From an uncultured Verrucomicrobiae bacterium (GTDB lineage Bacteria; Verrucomicrobiota; Verrucomicrobiia; Limisphaerales; Palsa-1400): a stretch of 64,000 nucleotides of DNA. Both the position numbers and the translations under genes were made by a program. Below the pieces are notes generated by a model. The model saw nothing but the letters and a program-made list of their open reading frames with translations. It was not told the DNA's origin and searched no databases. Shown here piece by piece: positions 18,647 through 28,588 of the stretch (positions are counted from its first letter, which is position 1; each line of letters begins with the position of its first letter). The stretch is taken from NCBI GenBank assembly GCA_963707025.1, contig CAVPOM010000007.1, positions 224,001 through 288,000 on the forward strand. The letters are read 5' to 3'.

Positions 18647-19811
18647 TCAATTCGCGTGATCTGCGGGCGATTTCCAATTTGTAACTTCCTGATTCACAAC
18701 CACTTTCAAAGAACCGCCTGTCGGCGAACTGGCCAGGGCGATGGCGGCCGCGGTTTGTTCGAGGGGAAAATGGTGTGTCACCAGCTTGCGAAGATCCAGT
18801 TTTCGGCTGAAGATCAGCCGGGCAACCTCTTCCTGGAGGGTGAAATCGGCGGAATAACTGCCGATGAGGTCCTTTTCGTCAACGCAGATGGTGGAGAGGT
18901 CCAGTTGGGGAAGATCGGACGGATCGGTCGGATCGGTCGGATCTGACGGATCGGACGGATGGGATGGGGATATGCCAATGCGGCTCCGGCCGCCGCGATG
19001 AGTGTGGGCGAAGAGAAGCACTTTGCCGGAACCGCGCACGAGTTCAAGTGCTTGTGACACAGCAGCTTGCGATGGCACCGCGACCACCGCCGCGTCCAGG
19101 CAAGGCGCGGCCTTGGCCAGCTTTTGCGGCAGGCCGGAATCGTCGCCCCGGAACGCCGCCGTGGCGCCCCATTGCCGGGCCAGTTTCAAACGCGAGTCCA
19201 TCAAATCGGTGGCGATGACGTTCATCCCCCGCAACCGCAAGAGCCGGGTGAACATCAGGCCAATCGGCCCCTGACCGATGACCAGCACGCTGTCTGCCCG
19301 CCGCAAGGCCAGGCGGTTGACCGCCTTCAACACCGTATTGACCGGCTCCAGCATCGCCCCTTCCACAAAACTGTTGCGCGCGGGAATTTTCACCACGCCG
19401 GGCAGCACAAACCGCATCACCCGCACATATTCAGCGTAGCCGCCGCCCGCCGGCTCGAAACCGGCGGTGATGCCGGTGCGCTTGTATTGCGGGCATTGGG
19501 CGAAGGCGCGGTGCCGGCAGAAATGGCACTCGAGGCAGGGGACGTGATGGTGCAGGGCCACGCGGTCGCCGACGCGGAATGGGGCGGACCGGACGCCGCG
19601 GCGCGGCGTCCCTGCCTTGACGATGACGCCGGCGGTTTCGTGTCCGAAGATGCGCGGCGGGGGCACGGTGCCGTGCTGGATTTTTTTGATGTCGGTGGGG
19701 CAGACGCCGCAGACGGCGACCTTGACGAGCAGTTCGCCGGATTCGATGCGCCGGCACGGGAACGGTTTCGAGCCGCAGGTCATTGACGCCGCGATAAACA
19801 ACGGCGCGCAT
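18647..19811 (-). CDS. Zinc-binding MDR alcohol/sugar dehydrogenase (frameshift near 19752)
   Basis: MRAVVYRG start, CGVCPTD, GHE, CLECHFC..C, GQGPIG. Confidence 0.88.
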
Positions 19812-19855
19812 GGTGTTGGGGATGGAGTTTTGCAAAGATGGATGGGGGCTGGAAG

Positions 19856-20575
19856 TCAGGGATTGCCCCCGAGGTTTGCCAGATGCCGCCGGAGTTGCCG
19901 GAGGGCGAGGGCGCGGTGGCTCAGGGTGTTTTTCACCGCTTCGCCAAGCTCGGCAAAGGATTGGGTGCAGCCGTCGGGCACAAACAAGGGATCATAGCCA
20001 AAACCGCCCCCGCCCGCCGGTTGCAGGCTGATGCGGCCGGCGCAAACGCCCTCAAAAAGAACGGTCCCCGCCGCGGACGGCACGAAGAGTCTCCGCAGCG
20101 CCAAAACGCAGCGAAAGCGGGCCGTCCGCCGCGCCGCCGGCACGCCCGCCAGCAGGCGGAGAAGCTTGTTGTTGTTGGCGCTGTCAGGGGTGTTGTCCGC
20201 GCCGCCGCTGCCAGGCGCGGCGAAGCGGGCGGAGTGGACGCCCGGCGCGCCGCCCAGGGCATCCACTTCCAGGCCGGAGTCGTCGGCCAGAACGTAAAAG
20301 GCGGTGATGGAAACTGCTGTCCCCGCTTCGCGGGGCGAGGAGATGAGATTAAGATTGGGATTAAGCAGTGTCAAGACGGGCCAATTGGCGGCGAGCCAAT
20401 TGCCCAGAGTGGCCACTTTTCTGGAGGCGTTGGCCGCGAAAGTCGCGCCGTCTTCGACCGCTTCGGGCGCGGCGGGGAAATCCAGGAGTGTGAAGAATTG
20501 ATAATCCCCGGCCAGGATCTGCTGGATTTCGCGTGTCTTGTGCGCATTGCGCGTGGCGATCAAAAATGCGGTCAT
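19856..20575 (-). CDS. rdgB: Non-canonical purine NTP pyrophosphatase (Ham1/RdgB)
   Basis: ATRNAHK, ADDSGLEVDALGGAPGVHSARF, GFGYDPLF, KNTLSHR. Confidence 0.95.
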   Translation of the reverse strand: MTAFLIATRNAHKTREIQQILAGDYQFFTLLDFPAAPEAVEDGATFAANASRKVATLGNWLAANWPVLTLLNPNLNLISSPREAGTAVSITAFYVLADDSGLEVDALGGAPGVHSARFAAPGSGGADNTPDSANNNKLLRLLAGVPAARRTARFRCVLALRRLFVPSAAGTVLFEGVCAGRISLQPAGGGGFGYDPLFVPDGCTQSFAELGEAVKNTLSHRALALRQLRRHLANLGGNP

Positions 20576-23500
20576 CGGCGGAGAGGTCCAACGGCCCCCT
20601 GGTTCCCGGTTCGAAAGCAACAGTGGAAAGCCGCCGGCGAGGGCGCCGACTGGGACATCCCGATTCGGAATCGGGACGTGTGCTTCCCGGAAGAATTTGG
20701 GCGCCGGCTGCACGGCAGGATCTGGAACCAGCCGGTTTCGCTGTTGGTGTCCAGGAAGTAACCGGAACCGCCCAGGGCCGGACTGATGAAGGCCCCGTAA
20801 AAATTATGCGTGACCTTGATGGATGGATAAGAGAAATGCCCGGTCAAAACGCCCGACTTCGGGATGAACGTCAGTGTCAATTGATTGGTCTGGCCGGGAT
20901 CAACGTGGAACACCAGGCCGTTGGTGACGCTGAACGTGTTGGTCAACCCATTGGTCAACGAAGCGCCCCCGAAGGCGATCTGATAGTGCGTGTTCGTGAC
21001 AGGAGGGACGTAGCTGGAGGAAGAGGCATTGGTGAGGAACACAAACGCATTGGTGTAGTAGATGCCGGGCTTGGCCGGGTTGGCCGGCTTGCTCCACAGG
21101 ACCGCGCCCTCAAAATTGGTGGGCGAAGTGTTGGTTTCCCAGCCGAGAATGATGCCCTTGCCGCCGTAAAGGGAGGCATAGAACGGCCAGATGCCGTTGG
21201 TGTTGAGATAATTGGTGGAGACCTCGGTGCTTTGTGAAAAGGACGTGTTGTCGGCCAGGTACCCGATCAGGGTGACCGCGCCATTGGCGCCGAGGGTGAA
21301 CGAGGCGTAACCGTCCCCGCCCGGCTGGTTATTGGTGGCGCTGTGATCGCCGGGGATGGAGAACACATTGGTTCCGGGAACGACCGCGCTGCCGCCCGTC
21401 AGTCTGGGCGCGGCGCGGAAGGCCTGCAGGGAGGAGGAGAACTCGGCGTTGGTGACTTCTCCGAAGAGGGAATCCGGGGGATAGAATCCGTTGGTCAGAT
21501 TTAAATTGACAAAATTGGTCACAAACTTGCCGCCCAGCCCCTTCCAAAAGAAGGCCGCGCTGGCAACTCCCCCCGGATTGTAGAGGGAGAACTGCCCGGT
21601 GGCAGTATTGGTCAGGCCGGGCGAGCACAACTTCAGGCTGATCGCCCCGTTGCTCGTCACCGCCAGAGTGTAGTAGCCCGAATTGGTGGGGGAGATGACG
21701 CTGTTCGGATCCGAGGGAAGGAACAGGCCGTTGTAAGTGCCGGCCACGTTGAAGAAATAATTGGAGTCGAAATTGGCCGTCAGCGCCATGTTGGTTGTCA
21801 CGGTGATTACCAGCGGGTTGTTGCCAATCAAGGCGCCGGTCAAATTGTTGCTCCAAAAGGCAAAGACATAGCCCCCGTTGGTTTTGGCGGCGACGGTGTA
21901 GGGTCCGCCGACCGACATGAATTCGCCGGTCCAATTGGCTTTGTTGGAAGAGATGAGGCCATACCCGGGGGGGTTGATTTGCAAGAGCACCTGCGCCAAA
22001 ACCTGGAAACTCTCCGAAATCAAGGCGCTGCGCCCCGTCGCATCGGAAACCGTCGCCACCACCGTGTAATAACCGGGAGCCAGGTCGGTCAGACCCGCCG
22101 ACCAAATTGTCCTGGCCGGAGGTGTCGGGGGGCTGATGGTGACGTTGGTCGGGCTGGGAGCCGTGACGGAATTGGACCCGTAGAACAACTGATAGCTGAC
22201 CACGGGATTGGTCAGGGCCGGGTTGAGCGTGCCGGCCAGGTAAAAGGTTTGGTTGGTCAGCCGGGCGCCCGCGGTGGGATAGGTGAAGGCAATCGGGCTG
22301 GGAATCGTGCCGGGAAAATCGTTGGAGACGAAGGTGGCGGTGAGGACCAGGCCGGGGGTCATGATGAAGCTGACCACGCGATTGTTAGTATATTTGACGC
22401 CGTCGCTCCAGGTGTCAAAGAGCGAGCCTTTCGCAGCCGCCGCCGTCATGGAATAATGCTGTCCCTCCACCAGAAAATGCCCGTTGTAATTGGGCGAAAT
22501 CGTGCCCCGCCCATTGCCATTGGTCAGCACGGTCATGGGCAGCCCGGCGGTGAAATCGTTGGTGATGACCGCGCCCTGGCCCAAGGCGTCCTGGGCGGTG
22601 ACGACCGCATAATAGCCTCCCAGCGCCAGGTTGGTGACAGGGAAGGACCAATTGTTGGTGGCTTTGATCTGGCGGACCGGACCTACCTGTTGCTGGTTGG
22701 TGGCGGAAAACAGCCGGCAGGTGACGGTGACCGGCGGGGTGAGTAGTCCGCTGGCAATGCCGCCCGCAATCGGGAAAGTGCCATTGGTCGTGTTCCCCCC
22801 CACCGGCGGATTGGTGAAAGCGATGCCGCCGGGAACGCTGTTGGAGAGGAAGTTTGCTGTCAAAACCATATTAGAGGCAAATTTGACGGTCAGGTTCGGA
22901 TTGAAGGAAACGTTGGTTCCGTAGGTCCAATTGACAAAAAACTGGCCCGGACCGGGCTGGGCGCCGAAGGCGTAATTGGTGCCGATCCGCAGATTGGCGC
23001 CCACGGCGTCGCTGGCGTAGGTGTGGTTGGCCACGTTGGTCACGGACACCGTGCCAACCCCGTTGGTCAGGACGGCGCTGATGATCATTTCTGGTTCGAT
23101 CGGGCTGCCCACGTTCCCGGCGCCATCCTGGTAGGTCACGAGGAGGTAGTAAATCCCCGGCTCGAGCACGCCTTCGGGGTAGGACCAATTGGTGGTGCCG
23201 ATGGCCAGTCCCGAGCTGCCGCCAAGCGCGCCATTCTGGGGAAGCAACGTCAGTTGAACCTGCGCCAATCCGACATCATCCTGCGCCGTGCCCCGCACCG
23301 TCAACGAAATGCCATTGGTCAATACGACATTGGCCGGCGGAAAAGTAATCGCCGCCGTGGGCGGGGTGGTGTCAATGACCGGCTGCGCATTGGCCTGCGG
23401 AAAACTGAAATCCACGAAGAACAGATTGCTGTCGGCCGGATAATTGGTGCCGTGGTAATTAACGGGCAGCTCGTTCAAGACCGAGTAACCCAGGAACCCA

Positions 23501-24444
23501 TAATCGAAAATACCGTTGGTAAAGATGTCGTGGGTTGGCAGCTTGGTGAACGCCGGCTCGAAGAAGGCGTTGGTATTATTGAAGTAGGCCAGGACATTGG
23601 AACCGTCCAGGACGCGCCCAAAGACGGTGAACGGGCCGCCGCTTTGCACAGTATCCAGATTGGTATTGTCCACCAGATTGAAGAAAAAGGCGTCGGACGC
23701 GCCATTGACGTCGCCGGGCGGCAGGGCCATGGCGATGGTTCCCTGCCGGTTGCTCACTTTCGGCCCCGCATAAAATTCACTGGCAAGGTACTGCGGAAAC
23801 GACGGCACGAAGGTCAATCCATCGCCGTAAACATCGTCAATCGTATCCGTCACCAGTTTGTTGGTGGGATCGGTCCGGTCTTGCGCGACCCAACTGCCGC
23901 CTTGCAGCACAAAACCCGGAATCAGCCGGTCAAAATACATATTCGAATAAAGGCCCGTCGAATACGTTCTCGTGTACGCGCCCGGCACAAACACATTCGA
24001 GTGCGTGAATTCGTCGGAAATAATATAGTGGATGAAATTCTGCACCGTGGCCGGTTTGTCGTGATCGAACAGCTCGACCAGTATGTTGCTAGGGCCAGTC
24101 GTAAAGCCGGAGATTTGGAATTGAACTATCGTTCCCTGGAGGACGGTCAGGTTGGCTGAATTGGTTGCCTCCGGCCCGGCGGAATCACCGACCACGACCG
24201 AATAAAGGCCCGCCTGATTGGTGCTGACGTCGCTGAAATTAAGTTCTGCGTTGGTCGCCCCAGGGATATCGTTCCCTTCAAATACCCATTGATAACTTGT
24301 TGCATTGGTGGCGGTTACGATGAAATCGGCGGTTGACCCGGCGTTAATCGTCAGGTCCTGAGGCCCGGAAGTGATGCCCGCTTGACGGGCCTGTGCCGCC
24401 AGGATGCCTCCGATCAAGCTGGCCGCAACGAGCAAGATTTTCAT
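20572..24444 (-). CDS. Large secreted protein: Ig domain, cyclophilin-type PPIase, repeated Ig-like/beta-sandwich modules
   Basis: Signal peptide; VELFDHDKPATVQNF, FDRLIPGFVLQGG, GTIAMA, FTVFGRV; FxxW..LTANF repeats; Thr/Asn-rich. Confidence 0.8.
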   Translation of the reverse strand: MKILLVAASLIGGILAAQARQAGITSGPQDLTINAGSTADFIVTATNATSYQWVFEGNDIPGATNAELNFSDVSTNQAGLYSVVVGDSAGPEATNSANLTVLQGTIVQFQISGFTTGPSNILVELFDHDKPATVQNFIHYIISDEFTHSNVFVPGAYTRTYSTGLYSNMYFDRLIPGFVLQGGSWVAQDRTDPTNKLVTDTIDDVYGDGLTFVPSFPQYLASEFYAGPKVSNRQGTIAMALPPGDVNGASDAFFFNLVDNTNLDTVQSGGPFTVFGRVLDGSNVLAYFNNTNAFFEPAFTKLPTHDIFTNGIFDYGFLGYSVLNELPVNYHGTNYPADSNLFFVDFSFPQANAQPVIDTTPPTAAITFPPANVVLTNGISLTVRGTAQDDVGLAQVQLTLLPQNGALGGSSGLAIGTTNWSYPEGVLEPGIYYLLVTYQDGAGNVGSPIEPEMIISAVLTNGVGTVSVTNVANHTYASDAVGANLRIGTNYAFGAQPGPGQFFVNWTYGTNVSFNPNLTVKFASNMVLTANFLSNSVPGGIAFTNPPVGGNTTNGTFPIAGGIASGLLTPPVTVTCRLFSATNQQQVGPVRQIKATNNWSFPVTNLALGGYYAVVTAQDALGQGAVITNDFTAGLPMTVLTNGNGRGTISPNYNGHFLVEGQHYSMTAAAAKGSLFDTWSDGVKYTNNRVVSFIMTPGLVLTATFVSNDFPGTIPSPIAFTYPTAGARLTNQTFYLAGTLNPALTNPVVSYQLFYGSNSVTAPSPTNVTISPPTPPARTIWSAGLTDLAPGYYTVVATVSDATGRSALISESFQVLAQVLLQINPPGYGLISSNKANWTGEFMSVGGPYTVAAKTNGGYVFAFWSNNLTGALIGNNPLVITVTTNMALTANFDSNYFFNVAGTYNGLFLPSDPNSVISPTNSGYYTLAVTSNGAISLKLCSPGLTNTATGQFSLYNPGGVASAAFFWKGLGGKFVTNFVNLNLTNGFYPPDSLFGEVTNAEFSSSLQAFRAAPRLTGGSAVVPGTNVFSIPGDHSATNNQPGGDGYASFTLGANGAVTLIGYLADNTSFSQSTEVSTNYLNTNGIWPFYASLYGGKGIILGWETNTSPTNFEGAVLWSKPANPAKPGIYYTNAFVFLTNASSSSYVPPVTNTHYQIAFGGASLTNGLTNTFSVTNGLVFHVDPGQTNQLTLTFIPKSGVLTGHFSYPSIKVTHNFYGAFISPALGGSGYFLDTNSETGWFQILPCSRRPNSSGKHTSRFRIGMSQSAPSPAAFHCCFRTGNQGAVGPLRR

Positions 24445-24584
24445 GCAGCCTTATCATGGCTGAAGCCATCAAAAATTCAAGCTCAAAATGCCGATTTTGC
24501 CATTTTTTCACTTTGCGCTAATCTCTGCCTGCCATGATTGATTTGCAACTGGGACGCCGAATGGCCATGCTGTCCTAAACTTTT

Positions 24585-25244
24585 ATGAATCGTTTTGCTT
24601 TTTACCCGGACAAGCCGGGCCGGTGGCGCGCGCTCCTCGCCGCCCTCGCGCTCCCCGGCTTGCTGGCCCCTGATATGAATGCACAAACCCAAGCCACCAA
24701 TGCGCCCGCCAAAACCGAAACCGCTACCATTGGCGGCGGCTGTTTTTGGTGCGCCGAAGCAGTCTTCCAACGCATCCCCGGCGTCCAATCCGTCACTTCC
24801 GGATTCGCCGGCGGCGCCACGCCCAACCCCAGCTATGAACAGGTCTGCACCGGCACGACCGGCCACGCCGAAGTGATCCAGCTCAAATTTGATCCCGCCG
24901 TCCTGTCTTACGACAAAGTGCTGGAAATATTCTGGGAAGCCCACGACCCCACCACGCTCAACCGGCAGGGCGCCGATCTTGGCACGCAATACCGCTCCAT
25001 CATCCTTTACAGCGACGAAGCGCAGAAAAAGGCGGCCGAAGCGTCCAAGGCCAAAGCCGCCGAACATTTCAAAGACCCGATTGTCACCGAGATCGTTCCG
25101 CTCAAGGCGTTTTATCCCGCCGAGGATTATCATCAGAATTTTTACAACTTGAACAAAAACAAGCAGAGCTACTGCCAGTTCGTCATCACCCCCAAGCTCA
25201 AGAAATTGATTTCGGAGGGTGTGATTCCGCAGGGAAAAGAATAG
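24585..25244 (+). CDS. msrA: Peptide-methionine (S)-S-oxide reductase with probable signal peptide
   Basis: [34 protein letters not shown]. Confidence 0.95.
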   Translation: MNRFAFYPDKPGRWRALLAALALPGLLAPDMNAQTQATNAPAKTETATIGGGCFWCAEAVFQRIPGVQSVTSGFAGGATPNPSYEQVCTGTTGHAEVIQLKFDPAVLSYDKVLEIFWEAHDPTTLNRQGADLGTQYRSIILYSDEAQKKAAEASKAKAAEHFKDPIVTEIVPLKAFYPAEDYHQNFYNLNKNKQSYCQFVITPKLKKLISEGVIPQGKE

Positions 25245-25251
25245 GGCCCCG

Positions 25252-28212
25252 ATGCGCCGGCAGTATCCCTTTCATTTGATCGAAGCCAAATGGCAGCGTT
25301 TTTGGGACGCGCAAGCCACTTTCCGCGCCTGGAATCCGCTGGAGCCGATTCCGCCGGAGCATCCCTTCGCCAAAAGGCACGGCCTGCGCGGGCCCGTTGC
25401 CGCCGGCGGCCTGCCGCCCAAGTATTATATCCTGGACATGTTTCCCTACCCTTCCGGCGCCGGCCTGCACGTCGGCCATCCGGAAGGCTATACCGCCACC
25501 GACATCCTGGCCCGCTATCGCCGCGCCTTGGGCTGCAACGTCCTCCACCCCATGGGCTGGGACGCCTTTGGCCTGCCCGCCGAGCAATACGCCATCCGCA
25601 CCGGCCAGCATCCGCGCCAGACCACCGAAGCCAACATCGCCGTCTTCAAGCGGCAGATAAAATCCCTCGGTTTCAGCTACGATTGGAGCCGCGAAATTGA
25701 CACCACCGACCCAAATTATTTCAAATGGACGCAGTGGATTTTTCTCCAGCTTTACAATGCCTGGTTCAACCCGGCCAGCAACAAGGCCGAGCCTATCGGG
25801 ACGCTGCCCGATCCGCCCGGCAACCCGTCTCCCGAAGCGCGCCGCCTTCATCGCGACAATCACCGCCTGGCTTATGTCGCCGAAGCCCCGGTCTGGTGGT
25901 GCGAAGAACTCGGCACCGTCCTGGCCAACGAGGAAGTGGTGGATGGCAAGAGCGACATCGGCGGCTTTCCCGTCGCGCGCCGGCCGATGCGCCAATGGAT
26001 GCTGCGCATCACCGCCTACGCCCAGCGCCTGCTGGAGGGCCTGGAGCAAATCCAGTGGAGCGAGTCCCTCAAGGAAATGCAGCGCAACTGGATCGGGCGC
26101 AGCGAGGGGGCGGAGGTGGATTTTGAATTGGTAGGGTCGTCGCGTTCCGACGACCGGACGGCGCAGCGCGCCGTCCCCACCGAAAAGATTCGTGTTTTCA
26201 CGACGCGACCCGACACGTTGTTCGGCGCGACTTACATGGTGCTCTCGCCGGAACACAAAATCGTTGCGCAAATCACCACGCCGGAACAAAAGAAGGCGGT
26301 CCAGGATTACCAGGCTCACGCCGCCGGCAAATCCGATCTGGAACGCACCGAATTAAGCACGGAAAAGACCGGGGTCTTCACCGGCGCTTATGCCGTCAAT
26401 CCTGTCAATCATGAAAAAATCCCGATTTGGATTGCCGACTACGTTCTGGCCACATACGGCACCGGCGCCATCATGGCGGTGCCCGCCCATGACGAGCGGG
26501 ATTTGGAATTCGCGCGCAAATTTGATTTGCCCGTGCGCGTGGTCGTGCAGGCGCCGGCAGGCCGCGAATCCACCGGCTTCGTGGGCGACGGCGTCAGCGT
26601 CCATTCCGGATTCCTCACCAATCTGCCCACCGGCGCGGCCAAGAAAGCCATCATCGCCTGGCTGGAGGAAAAAAAACTGGGCCGCGGCACAGTCAACTAT
26701 AAACTGCGCGACTGGCTCTTCAGCCGCCAGCGTTATTGGGGCGAACCCTTTCCCATTGTCTGGAAAGCGGGCGGGCACGAAGCCCTGGCGGAATCGGCCC
26801 TGCCGGTGCTGCCGCCCGAATTGACCGATTTCAAACCCACGGCCGGCGGCCAACCGCCCCTGGCCCGCGCCGCCGCCTGGGTCCATCTGCCCGACGGCTC
26901 GACCCGCGAAACCAACACCATGCCGCAATGGGCCGGCAGTTGCTGGTATTACCTGCGCTTCACCGATCCGGCCAACGCCCGCGCCATCTGCGGCCGGGAA
27001 GCGGAGAATTACTGGATGGGCGCTGCTCCTAATCTTAATCTTAATCCTAATCTTAATCCCACTGACCCAAACCAGCCGCTGACCGCTATATTTCCGCACA
27101 ACATTGCGTCTCCCCCTGCTGTTCCCTCTCCGCTCCCATCCGATGGGAGGGGAGAGGGTCAGGGTGAGGTGAGGGTTCCTCCAAGTCTTATTCTTGATCC
27201 CAATCCTGCATCGGACGTCCATGACCGCCGCAAAACCACGCCCGGCATAGACCTCTACATCGGCGGGGTCGAGCACGCCGTCCTCCATCTCCTTTACGCG
27301 CGTTTCTGGCACAAGGTGCTTTTTGATTTGGGCCATGTTTCCGCGCCGGAGCCGTTTTACAAACTGGTCAACCAGGGCTTGATCCTGGGCGAAGACGGCC
27401 AAAAAATGTCCAAGTCCCGCGGCAACGTCGTCAACCCCGACGATATTCTCCGCCAATACGGCGCCGACGCCTTCCGCCTCTACGAAATGTTCCTGGGGCC
27501 GCTGGAAATGGTCAAGCCGTGGAACACGCGCGGCGTGGAAGGCGTCTATCGTTTTCTCGGGCGCGTCTGGCGACTGTTCGTGGACGAAAACAGCGAAACG
27601 GAATTCGAGCAAAGCCAAACCGCGCAGCCCGGGGACAACCCGGCCGCGCTGGAAACCATTCAACTCAGCGCCGCCATCCGGGACACCGCCCCCACCGCCG
27701 CCCAGCTCAAGACCCTGCACAGTTGCATCAAGAAAGTCACCGAAGACCTGGAGGGCTTGCGTTTCAACACCGCCATTTCCGCCTTGATGGTTTTCGTCAA
27801 CGACGCCATCACTTGGGATACCAAGCCCGCTTCCGTCCTGCGCGAGTTCCTGATTTTGCTCCATCCCTTCGTCCCGCACCTGGCCGAGGAACTCTTCGCC
27901 AAATTGACGGCCCAGCCGTTTGGAGACGGTGGTAGGGCGGGTCCCGAATTATCGGGACCCGCCGCGGCCCCAAGCATCTCCTACCAGCCCTGGCCAAAAT
28001 TCGATCCCGCGCTGCTGGTGGAAAAAACCATTGAGATGCCCGTGCAGATCAACGGCAAGCTGCGCGACCGCATCCTCATTTCCGCGGATGCCTCCAATGC
28101 CGAAGTGCAATCCGCCGCCCTGGCCTGCGAAAGGATCCAACTGTTCCTCGGAGGCAAGCCCGTCAAAAAAGTCATCATCATTCCCAAGCGATTGGTCAAC
28201 ATCGTCGTCTAG
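25252..28212 (+). CDS. leuS: Leucine--tRNA ligase with repeat-derived in-frame insertions
   Basis: [58 protein letters not shown]. Confidence 0.97.
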   Translation: MRRQYPFHLIEAKWQRFWDAQATFRAWNPLEPIPPEHPFAKRHGLRGPVAAGGLPPKYYILDMFPYPSGAGLHVGHPEGYTATDILARYRRALGCNVLHPMGWDAFGLPAEQYAIRTGQHPRQTTEANIAVFKRQIKSLGFSYDWSREIDTTDPNYFKWTQWIFLQLYNAWFNPASNKAEPIGTLPDPPGNPSPEARRLHRDNHRLAYVAEAPVWWCEELGTVLANEEVVDGKSDIGGFPVARRPMRQWMLRITAYAQRLLEGLEQIQWSESLKEMQRNWIGRSEGAEVDFELVGSSRSDDRTAQRAVPTEKIRVFTTRPDTLFGATYMVLSPEHKIVAQITTPEQKKAVQDYQAHAAGKSDLERTELSTEKTGVFTGAYAVNPVNHEKIPIWIADYVLATYGTGAIMAVPAHDERDLEFARKFDLPVRVVVQAPAGRESTGFVGDGVSVHSGFLTNLPTGAAKKAIIAWLEEKKLGRGTVNYKLRDWLFSRQRYWGEPFPIVWKAGGHEALAESALPVLPPELTDFKPTAGGQPPLARAAAWVHLPDGSTRETNTMPQWAGSCWYYLRFTDPANARAICGREAENYWMGAAPNLNLNPNLNPTDPNQPLTAIFPHNIASPPAVPSPLPSDGRGEGQGEVRVPPSLILDPNPASDVHDRRKTTPGIDLYIGGVEHAVLHLLYARFWHKVLFDLGHVSAPEPFYKLVNQGLILGEDGQKMSKSRGNVVNPDDILRQYGADAFRLYEMFLGPLEMVKPWNTRGVEGVYRFLGRVWRLFVDENSETEFEQSQTAQPGDNPAALETIQLSAAIRDTAPTAAQLKTLHSCIKKVTEDLEGLRFNTAISALMVFVNDAITWDTKPASVLREFLILLHPFVPHLAEELFAKLTAQPFGDGGRAGPELSGPAAAPSISYQPWPKFDPALLVEKTIEMPVQINGKLRDRILISADASNAEVQSAALACERIQLFLGGKPVKKVIIIPKRLVNIVV

Positions 28213-28588
28213 CGGTTTAAGGAATTGTGCAGCCCTAAATGAGGGTGGCAGGGCGCGCACTCGTGCCCGCCGTGCCCCTTCATGTCAAGCGGGATTCTTT
28301 TCGATCCCGGAAAGCTTTTCGAGGCAGTGTCCTGCTTTGTTGCAGGGTCGGGCCTGCGGCTCGAAATCGGCGCGCAGCGCCGACACTGCAACAATCAAAT
28401 CAGGACACTGCCCTTTTCGAGTGCTTCTTGATTTTATCGTGCCGCCCGCCTATATGTGGCATGCGCTCGATCATCATGAAAGATTCATCCGCCCCCGCCC
28501 TCGCCCCGGCCGTGATCGGGGCCGCTCCGTCCCCCCGCGCCGCCGTCGCCGGCCTGCTCCTTGCCTCGAACTCGCTTCACGCCCAATT

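Noticed and set aside
16632..18650. Genomic island integrated at tRNA-Glu
   Set aside because: No integrase or duplicated tRNA 3' end; low GC fits highly expressed surface genes.
27019..27243. Intein or intron in leuS
   Set aside because: No splice-junction residues or group I/II intron motifs; made of recognisable short repeats.
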